A DNA stretch of 64,000 nt, taken from positions 5,478 to 69,477 of the forward strand of contig JAZQWJ010000039.1 in NCBI GenBank assembly GCA_045632285.1, written 5' to 3'. Source of the DNA: Eubacteriales bacterium (GTDB taxonomy: Bacteria > Bacillota > Clostridia > Oscillospirales > CAG-272). Positions within the stretch are counted from its first letter, which is position 1. Each line of letters starts with the position of its first letter. The position numbers and the translations under genes are program-made. This document shows, in pieces, positions 57,104 through 64,000 of this stretch. Below the pieces are notes generated by a model, which saw nothing but the letters and a program-made list of their open reading frames with translations, had not been told where the DNA came from and ran no database searches.

Positions 57104-57445
57104 TTAGATTCTTTCCTTAACCTTTGCTGCCTTACCAACGCGATCACGCAGGTAGTACAGCTTGGCGGGGCGAACCTTAGCCACGCGGATCACATCAACT
57201 TTTGCCACGTTGGGCGAGTGGAGGGGGAAGGTCTTCTCTACACCAACACCGTAGGAAATACGTCTTACGGTAAAAGTCTCGGAGATGCCGCCGCCGTGCT
57301 TGGCGATAACGGTGCCCTCGAAAAGCTGAATTCTTTCTTTGGTACCCTCAACGATCTTGTTGTGGATGCGCACGGTGTCACCAATGCGAATAACCGGTAC
57401 CTCTTCCTTCAACTGCTCATTTGTAAAAGCCTGAATCAAGTTCAT
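57104..57445 (-). CDS. rplS: 50S ribosomal protein L19
   Basis: [39 protein letters not shown]. Confidence 0.98.
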   Translation of the reverse strand: MNLIQAFTNEQLKEEVPVIRIGDTVRIHNKIVEGTKERIQLFEGTVIAKHGGGISETFTVRRISYGVGVEKTFPLHSPNVAKVDVIRVAKVRPAKLYYLRDRVGKAAKVKERI

Positions 57446-57467
57446 TTTATGGCCTCCTTAAAAATCC

Positions 57468-57501
57468 GGATGTTCATGCAGAGCTTCGCAGCGGACCACC
57501 C
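57468..57501 (-). ncRNA. ribosomal protein L19 leader
   Basis: GGGTGGTCCGCTG...GCATGAACATCC hairpin just upstream of the rplS RBS, resembling the Firmicutes L19_leader (recalled, not searched). Confidence 0.7.
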
Positions 57502-57529
57502 TTATATTCTGTGTAAACACACAACGTGT

Positions 57530-57558
57530 ATTATACCATATCTTTTTCTAAATTGCAA
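57530..57558 (-). promoter_or_regulatory. sigma-A promoter of rplS
   Basis: TTGCAA-17 bp-TATAAT with extended TG and an AT-rich upstream region. Confidence 0.85.
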
Positions 57559-57586
57559 GTGTTTTTTGCAATTTTTTTGATATTTT

Positions 57587-59278
57587 TTAATTCTCTACCG
57601 AAACACCCTGTTCTTTTTTGCTATCGCGGCGTTTGATAATGTAACGAATCGCGACCAAAGTGCTGAGCATCAAGAAAATAGCGATGGGAAGCGAGAGATA
57701 CCAGCCGACCTTGTGCAAAAGACCCGCAAGGATATAGGAAACAAAGGAAACCGCCGCAACGGTGATAGCATAAGGCAACTGGGTGGATACGTGCTCTACG
57801 TGATTGCACTGTGCGCCCGCCGAAGCCATGATCGTTGTATCGGAAATAGGAGAGCAATGGTCTCCGCAAACAGCGCCTGCAAGGCAAGCAGACATAGCAA
57901 TGATACCAAGCTCACTGTGAAGGCCGATGCCAAGCTGTACGATGGGGATAAGAATACCGAACGTACCCCAAGAGGTGCCGGTAGCAAATGCCAGCAGTGC
58001 TGCGATCACAAAGATAATAGCGGGCAGGAACATCGTTAACGTTTCGGCATTTTCCAGCAGACCCTTTACAAACACGTCAGAGCCAAGCAGTCCGGAGGTA
58101 TTCTTCAACGCAGTTGCCAGCGTCAGGATCAAAATTGCGGGCACCATGGCGCAAAAGCCCTTGGGCAGAGCCGCCATCGAGGCCTTGAAGGTGACCAAGC
58201 GACGTGCGATCAGATAAACAATGATCAAAATCAATGCGATCAGCGATCCCCAAGGCAACGCCACGGTTGCATCGGTAGCGCCAAACGCACCGATCAGATC
58301 CCACCGATAGTCGCCCTCGGTAAAGAAGCCGCCAACGTAAAGCAGGGCCAGAATGCAGCTGACGATCAAGGTGCAGATCGGCAACACCAGATCCAGCACA
58401 CGAGAGCGCTCTTGCTCAACGATCTCCTCTGCTCCGTCCATCTCCTCGCCTTCGTCCTCATCCACATTAGGCACGCCGATATCGCCCTTCAGAGCCTTGA
58501 ACTCTACACCTGCCATCTTGCCGTAATCAAAGCCCATATAAGTAATAGCGATAACGAAAACGATGGTCAAAATGGAATAAAAGTTATAAGGAATAGCCTG
58601 GATAAAATAGATCAGACCCTTGCCCTGATCCGCGGCCACCTCCGAGCTCATACTGTTGGAAACGGCAGCAGCCCAGGAGGATACGGGCGCGATCATACAA
58701 ATGGGAGCCGCGGTGGCATCGATGATGTAAGCCAGCTTTGCGCGGGAGATCTTGTGGGTGTCGGACACGGGGCGCATTACGCTACCCACCGTCAGACAGT
58801 TGAAATAGTCATCCACAAAGATCAAAACGCCCAACACAAAGGTTGCCATAATGGCACCAAGGCGGGTTTTAACGTGAGTTTCCGCCCATTTACCAAAGGC
58901 GCGGGATCCGCCTGCCTTGTTGAGCAGCACCACGATGGCACCCAAAATAACAAGGAAAGCAAAGATACCGGCTTGTCCCTTTACGGCTTCTGCAATGCCC
59001 TCTGTTACCGTGGCATCCATAGCCTTGATGGGGTTAAAATCGGCATAAAACAACGCAGCGGCGATCACACCCACAAACAGTGAGCTGTAAACCTCCTTGG
59101 TCATCAGTGCAAGCCCGATTGCGATGATCGGCGGCACCAAAGACATAAAGGTAGCATAATACGGACCTTCGGCCGCATCACCGTTGCGCAAGGTAATCGA
59201 TAAGACCACAACAGCGATCAATGCAACGCAAACGATGATCAGATTGATCAGCGTTCGTTTTTTCATTGCAAGCTTCAT
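57587..59278 (-). CDS. NhaC-family Na+/H+ antiporter-like (putative amino acid) transporter
   Basis: TKEVYSSL, FVDDYFN, DATAAP, TGTSWGTFGI, GDHCSPISDTT, HVSTQLPYA. Confidence 0.92.
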   Translation of the reverse strand: MKLAMKKRTLINLIIVCVALIAVVVLSITLRNGDAAEGPYYATFMSLVPPIIAIGLALMTKEVYSSLFVGVIAAALFYADFNPIKAMDATVTEGIAEAVKGQAGIFAFLVILGAIVVLLNKAGGSRAFGKWAETHVKTRLGAIMATFVLGVLIFVDDYFNCLTVGSVMRPVSDTHKISRAKLAYIIDATAAPICMIAPVSSWAAAVSNSMSSEVAADQGKGLIYFIQAIPYNFYSILTIVFVIAITYMGFDYGKMAGVEFKALKGDIGVPNVDEDEGEEMDGAEEIVEQERSRVLDLVLPICTLIVSCILALLYVGGFFTEGDYRWDLIGAFGATDATVALPWGSLIALILIIVYLIARRLVTFKASMAALPKGFCAMVPAILILTLATALKNTSGLLGSDVFVKGLLENAETLTMFLPAIIFVIAALLAFATGTSWGTFGILIPIVQLGIGLHSELGIIAMSACLAGAVCGDHCSPISDTTIMASAGAQCNHVEHVSTQLPYAITVAAVSFVSYILAGLLHKVGWYLSLPIAIFLMLSTLVAIRYIIKRRDSKKEQGVSVEN

Positions 59279-59310
59279 TTTCGACACTCCTTTACAAAAA
59301 ATTCATACTT

Positions 59311-59339
59311 ATTATATCTGTTTACACCGTGTTTGTCAA
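59311..59339 (-). promoter_or_regulatory. consensus sigma-A promoter of the NhaC-family gene
   Basis: TTGACA-17 bp-TATAAT; the -35 overlaps the upstream stop codon. Confidence 0.85.
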
Positions 59340-60745
59340 GAACGTTTCGCCCTTTTTGTCAAAAAACAGGAGATTTTTGCAAAAGCCGCTCGGGCTGTGC
59401 GAAATGCCAACACAAACTCCCTCCAAAAAGGTGCTAACGCCAAGGGTGCACAGAAAAAAGCCGCCGCCATTCTGCCCTGTACCACAAATATCGAGGTCAA
59501 CAAAAGGCCACCAATCGCCAACAGCAATTTCCACAAGCGCTGCGAAAACGGCATCATACGGCGGCAATCAGCCATACGGCGCAGATATACAACAAAATAG
59601 GAAAAGGCCGTTGCCAGCACGGCTCCTACGGCGGCAAATTTAGGGATCAAGGCAAAGCACCCTGCCACGTGCACTGCAGCCCCCAAAGCCGCTGTGGAAA
59701 GTGTTGCACGGGAACGGAGCCGCAGGCTGTACACGCTACCAAGAAAGGACGACAGCGCCGAAAACAGTAACGCCACCGTGATAAACGGCACGTAAAGCAC
59801 CGCTTGCATATAATTCCCTGCTAATAGCAATCCCATCAAAGGACGGCAACTCAAAATAACCACCAACGCCAAGCCCACCAAACCGGGCAACAGCATTGCA
59901 TACGCACGATCAAAGGTCTTACACTGCTCGCTTTCTTGCACACGAAGCGATGCATACTGCCAGACCTCTAAAACAATACTCGATGCCAAGGTCATCACAA
60001 TGGGCAATTTATACGCAGCAGCATATATCCCAACCTCATCAGCGCCGTGCTGCCAAAGCAGCACGTAACGGTCTAAGGCCGAAACCACCCACCAAAGTGC
60101 CGCCGTTGGGATCAAGGGGAGCCCGTAACCCAGCATCGATCTCCGCAAGGCTGCATCGGGCTTTTTCTCACATTCGGGATGCAAATAACATCGCAAGATC
60201 ACCGACGTTGCACCATCGGCAAAATATACTGCTGCCAAATACCCCCTCACACCGGCTCTCAGCACGGTCAAAAACAAAAAAGCCAGCGCAATGGTCAAAA
60301 GTGTGCAAAAAATTTGCTGAACTGCAAAAAAGCCATATTGTCCTCTGGCCCGCAAAACGTGGGCGTAATAACTATGCCAGATCGCCGCTGTCACATAGCA
60401 AAGCAAATGCCCCCAATGCGGGCGTATGATGGGAACACATACAAGAAACGGAAAAAGCAAGCAAAGCACCGCGCCGCCACGCCATAACAGCCATCTCCCA
60501 ACCGACAGCACCGCCCCCTCGCTTTCATTCCCCGCGATAAAGCGAAACACCGTTTCGGGCGCATAGAGTGAGCAGAGGGGCAACAGTAAAACAGCTGTGC
60601 TGACCAAAATATCCACAGCACCGAAATCGGCGGGGGTCAAAGACGCCGTGTAGATGGGCATCAGCAAAAAAACGGCCGCTTTTGAGCAAGCGGTGCCGAT
60701 CCCAAGTGCCACAAAATTGCTCATCCACTTCTTTTTTAAGCTCAT
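59336..60745 (-). CDS. Wzx-like oligosaccharide flippase (MOP superfamily)
   Basis: About 12 TM segments; MPIYT..LTPADFG, YGLPLIP..WWV...DRY, GIYAAAYK. Confidence 0.87.
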   Translation of the reverse strand: MSLKKKWMSNFVALGIGTACSKAAVFLLMPIYTASLTPADFGAVDILVSTAVLLLPLCSLYAPETVFRFIAGNESEGAVLSVGRWLLWRGGAVLCLLFPFLVCVPIIRPHWGHLLCYVTAAIWHSYYAHVLRARGQYGFFAVQQIFCTLLTIALAFLFLTVLRAGVRGYLAAVYFADGATSVILRCYLHPECEKKPDAALRRSMLGYGLPLIPTAALWWVVSALDRYVLLWQHGADEVGIYAAAYKLPIVMTLASSIVLEVWQYASLRVQESEQCKTFDRAYAMLLPGLVGLALVVILSCRPLMGLLLAGNYMQAVLYVPFITVALLFSALSSFLGSVYSLRLRSRATLSTAALGAAVHVAGCFALIPKFAAVGAVLATAFSYFVVYLRRMADCRRMMPFSQRLWKLLLAIGGLLLTSIFVVQGRMAAAFFCAPLALAPFWREFVLAFRTARAAFAKISCFLTKRAKRS

Positions 60746-60821
60746 GTCCCCTTCCTCCTTGTTTTTTCTTTAGTTTTTACAAGGACAGTGCTTTTTTGCT
60801 TGGAAGATACTGCAAAACAAC

Positions 60822-60867
60822 AAATGCCCGCCGCACGGCCCCAAAACGGGCCACACAGTGGGCATTT
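60822..60867 (-). terminator. probable terminator after the histidine phosphatase gene
   Basis: Imperfect GC-rich hairpin AAATGCCC...GGGCATTT with a T-rich tail on the minus strand. Confidence 0.55.
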
Positions 60868-60877
60868 ATGGATCAAA

Positions 60878-61510
60878 TCAAATATGCAAATGCGTTACGG
60901 TGGGCAAATGCGCATCGTGAGAGTATTCCACGGGAACGATGCGTTCACCGTCGTACTGTGCGATGCTGTACGACGCATTCGAGGCGTAATCGTGCTTGTC
61001 GGTGGCTTCTTCCTTGGGCGTACCGCTGATGATCGCCCAAAACACGCGGATCACGGCGCCGTGAGCAGCGATCAGCAGGGTCTTGCCCTCGTGCTCTTTT
61101 ACAAGCTCCATAATCTTTTTATAAAAGCGCTCGCCGCTTTCCCACAGGTTTTCTCCCCCGGGGATGGTAAAGATCAGCTGAATGCGCTTGAACTCGGCAT
61201 AGACCTCCGGCTCCTTTTCGGCAAGATCGGCAAAGAGTCTTCCCTCCCACTCACCGCAATAGGTCTCGCGCAGCTCGGGATAGGTCAGCACGGGCAATCC
61301 TCTGCGATCTGCGTGTGCCTTGGCGGTGGCCACGGCACGGCAAAGATCGCTGGAGCAGACCACATCGATCTGCTCGTTTGCGAGATGAGCGGCCGTCTGC
61401 TCGGCCTGCTCCAGTCCCAGTGCCGTCAGCTTATAGTCATTCCAGCCCGCAATGACCCCCAGCTTATTCGCCTCACTTTCACCGTGGCGAACAATGATCA
61501 GTCTTGTCAT
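60878..61510 (-). CDS. histidine phosphatase family protein
   Basis: RHGES, SSDLCRA, LRE..GEWEG, AHGAVIR. Confidence 0.93.
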   Translation of the reverse strand: MTRLIIVRHGESEANKLGVIAGWNDYKLTALGLEQAEQTAAHLANEQIDVVCSSDLCRAVATAKAHADRRGLPVLTYPELRETYCGEWEGRLFADLAEKEPEVYAEFKRIQLIFTIPGGENLWESGERFYKKIMELVKEHEGKTLLIAAHGAVIRVFWAIISGTPKEEATDKHDYASNASYSIAQYDGERIVPVEYSHDAHLPTVTHLHI

Positions 61511-61513
61511 AGA

Positions 61514-62245
61514 TCAATCGCAGTTTTCCCAGTTGTGATAAACGTTCATCACGTCATCATCTTCCTCAAGCATATCCACAAGCAGTCCCATAAACTTGAG
61601 GTCATCCTCGGAGGTCAAGGTCACGGTGTTAGAAGGGATCTTGTCCTTTTCTGCGGAAAGGATGGGATAGCCTGCGCCCTCCAGTGCTTCTTTTACGGCA
61701 TAAAGATCGTCCACAACGGTGTAGATCTCAAACACACCGTCGCCTGCGGCAAAATCCTCTGCACCGCTCTCAAGGGCGGTCTCCATCAGCTTATCCTCGT
61801 CAATGTCGCCATCCTCGTTGTTCACAATGATCACGCCCTTGTCCTCAAACATAAAGGACACGCAGCCGGAGGTGCCCATATTGCCCTTGTATTTGTTGAA
61901 ATAGGAGCGCACATTGCCCGCAGTACGGTTGCGATTGTCGGTAGTGGTCTCTACGATCACGGCAACACCGCCGGGGCCGTAGCCCTCGTAGGTGATCTCT
62001 TCGTATTCCTCACCACCTGCGCCGGCAGCCTTTTTGATGATACGATCGATATTATCGTTGGGAACGTTGTTAGACTTTGCCTTTTGGATCAGATCGCGAA
62101 GCTTGGAGTTGGAATTGGGGTCTCCGCCACCTGCCTTAACGGCTACAGCGATCTCTTTGCCGATCTTGGTAAAGACCTTGGCCTTTTGTGCGTCGGTTTT
62201 CTCTTTTTTGTGCTTGATATTCGCCCATTTGCTATGTCCGGACAT
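61514..62245 (-). CDS. yebC: YebC/PmpR family protein
   Basis: MSGHSKWANIKHKK, YEGYGPGG, TDNRNRT, DDVMNVYHN. Confidence 0.96.
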   Translation of the reverse strand: MSGHSKWANIKHKKEKTDAQKAKVFTKIGKEIAVAVKAGGGDPNSNSKLRDLIQKAKSNNVPNDNIDRIIKKAAGAGGEEYEEITYEGYGPGGVAVIVETTTDNRNRTAGNVRSYFNKYKGNMGTSGCVSFMFEDKGVIIVNNEDGDIDEDKLMETALESGAEDFAAGDGVFEIYTVVDDLYAVKEALEGAGYPILSAEKDKIPSNTVTLTSEDDLKFMGLLVDMLEEDDDVMNVYHNWENCD

Positions 62246-62263
62246 ATCTATTCTCCTTAAAAA

Positions 62264-64000
62264 TCAAATTTTTTCCATTTTACGCATGCAGATCAACGGG
62301 AAGGCATTGCCAAGCACGATGTTGACAGCACGGGTGATCTCAACGCGGGTGGCACGAACGGCCTCGTCCTCGGCGCCAAGGATCTTGCAATTGTGATAAA
62401 AGCGGTTAAAGGCTGCGGCTACATCCAAAATATAGCGGGTGATGACCGAGGGCTCATAATCCGCAATGGCATTTTCCACCTTTTCAGGGAAGCGTGCCAA
62501 CACCTTGACCAGCGAAAGCTCCTCGGGGGCAGTGCAAACAAGCTTTTCGCATTTGCTTTCCCCTGCCTTGCGAAGCACCGCACAGGTACGCGCATAGGTG
62601 TACTGTGCATAGGGGCCGGTATTGCCGTCAAAGTTCAGGGCATCCTCCATCACAAAGTTGATGTCCTTGATGCGTCCATTGGAAAGATAGTAGAACACGA
62701 TAGCACCAACGCCCACAGCCTCAGCGACCTCAGCCTTGTTTTCAAGATCGGGATTTTTCTCGTCCATAATGCTGCTGACTTCCTCAATGGCAGCCTTGAA
62801 CAGATCCTTAAGCAGCACCACGTTACCGGTACGGGTGGCAAGCTTGGCGCCGTTGATGCTGACAGTACCGTAAGGCACGTGCACCAGCTGATCGTGCCAG
62901 TCATAGCCCATCAGCTCCACCACCTTAAACCACTGCGCAAAGTGCAGGCTCTGACCTGCGGAGGTCACGTAAATGGCCTTGTCAAAGTTGTACTCGCCCT
63001 TGCGATAGACTGCAGCGGCAATATCACGGGTAGGATACAGCGTAGAGCCATCACGCTTCAGGATCAGGCAAGGAGGCATATTGTAAGGCTCCAGATCAAC
63101 AATAGAAGCACCGTCGTCGATCTTCAGCAAGCCCTGATCGCGGAGCTTTTGCACCTGGGCAGGCATCTTATCGGTATAAAAGCTTTCGCCCTTGTAGCTG
63201 TCAAATTCAATGCCCAGCTGCTTGTAGGTCTTTTCATACTCTGCAAGGCTGATGTCGATAAACCAACGCCACAGCGCCAGATTTTCTTCGTCACCAAGCT
63301 CCAGCTTGCGGAACTCGGCGCGCGCCTCATCGCCAAGAGCAGGGTCGGCAGGAATGCCCTTTTCCTCGTTGCCGGAAATGGCATTGTTGATCATCACGTA
63401 CAGCTCGACCAACTTGTCGATGCCGCCCTGCTCGATCATTTCCTTATTGCCCCACTTTTTATAGGCTACGATCAGCTTGCCAAACTGAGTTCCCCAGTCG
63501 CCAAGGTAGTTGATACCAACGCATTTGTAGCCTGCAAATTCATGGAGCTTTTTCAGCGAATGGCCGATAACAGTGGTGCCGAGATGGCCGATATGAAAGG
63601 GCTTTGCCACGTTGGGCGAGGAATAGTCCAACACAACGGTCTTACCGGCGCCCTCGTTAGAGCCACCGTAGCGATCGCCCTTGGCAAAGATCTCACCAAG
63701 CACGTTCTTCATTAGATATTCACCGGAAATGGAAATGTTCAGATAGCCGTTAACAGCCTCTGCCTTTCCAACGCATTCCAAGCCCTGCAAGCAGTCGCAA
63801 AGCGCGGCAGCGATCTGAACGGGCGCGCGACGCAGCGTGCGGGAAAGCTTAAAGCAAGGCAGCGCCAAATCTCCCATGCTCTCATCGGGCGGATATTCCA
63901 GCATTGAGATCAACTCGTCTACGCCGGGAGCCGCAGGGGCGCCGAGGGCGGTGATCCCATCAGTCAGTCGCGCGGCGATCAATTTTTTAATGGTTTGCAT
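62264..64000 (-). CDS. argS: arginine--tRNA ligase
   Basis: DYSSPNVAKPFHIGH, NYLGDWGTQFG, YPTRDIAA, GNTGPYAQYTYAR, C-terminal MEKI. The ATG sits at the window edge. Confidence 0.97.
   Translation of the reverse strand: MQTIKKLIAARLTDGITALGAPAAPGVDELISMLEYPPDESMGDLALPCFKLSRTLRRAPVQIAAALCDCLQGLECVGKAEAVNGYLNISISGEYLMKNVLGEIFAKGDRYGGSNEGAGKTVVLDYSSPNVAKPFHIGHLGTTVIGHSLKKLHEFAGYKCVGINYLGDWGTQFGKLIVAYKKWGNKEMIEQGGIDKLVELYVMINNAISGNEEKGIPADPALGDEARAEFRKLELGDEENLALWRWFIDISLAEYEKTYKQLGIEFDSYKGESFYTDKMPAQVQKLRDQGLLKIDDGASIVDLEPYNMPPCLILKRDGSTLYPTRDIAAAVYRKGEYNFDKAIYVTSAGQSLHFAQWFKVVELMGYDWHDQLVHVPYGTVSINGAKLATRTGNVVLLKDLFKAAIEEVSSIMDEKNPDLENKAEVAEAVGVGAIVFYYLSNGRIKDINFVMEDALNFDGNTGPYAQYTYARTCAVLRKAGESKCEKLVCTAPEELSLVKVLARFPEKVENAIADYEPSVITRYILDVAAAFNRFYHNCKILGAEDEAVRATRVEITRAVNIVLGNAFPLICMRKMEKI

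Noticed and set aside
1-64000. CRISPR arrays, tRNA/rRNA genes, IS elements, prophage and defence genes
   Set aside because: Intergenic gaps are short and explained by promoters and terminators. No repeat-spacer arrays, cloverleafs, integrase or transposase motifs were seen.

Overview
A gene-dense 64-kb stretch of core chromosome, most likely from a clostridial Firmicute (Oscillospiraceae/Eubacteriales-like; inferred from gene content, alpha2-type glyQS, GTP-dependent PEPCK and sigma-A promoters). It is mostly housekeeping genes: pcrA, secA, trmL, mnmA, a class A PBP, dnaE, whiA, murB, coaE, prfA, sua5, a ParC/GyrA-type topoisomerase A subunit, glyQS, the nusB-xseAB-ispA-tlyA-nadK-argR-recN operon, pckG, rplS, yebC and argS. 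Three carbohydrate modules are interspersed: GH20 plus an unclassified hydrolase; AraC/GH78/RpiB-like; and ROK/GH2/EEP-lipoprotein. No rRNA, tRNA, CRISPR array, transposase or phage genes were seen. The best candidate for an uncharacterised system is a self-contained three-gene operon (27138-28525, minus strand) encoding an HPr-kinase-like P-loop kinase, a stand-alone PqqD/RRE protein and an unanchored Ser-His S24/S26 peptidase. It resembles a RiPP-processing module with no cyclase, radical SAM enzyme or precursor. Other notable items are an unannotated 40-aa Q/N/K-rich gene behind a sigma-G-like promoter, a terminator hairpin that contains both a sporulation-type promoter and the RBS of the PBP gene, a repeat-built membrane pair downstream of secA, an RpiB-family isomerase lacking its phosphate-binding residues, and apparent GATC enrichment. 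All family calls come from reading motifs by eye; no database searches were run.
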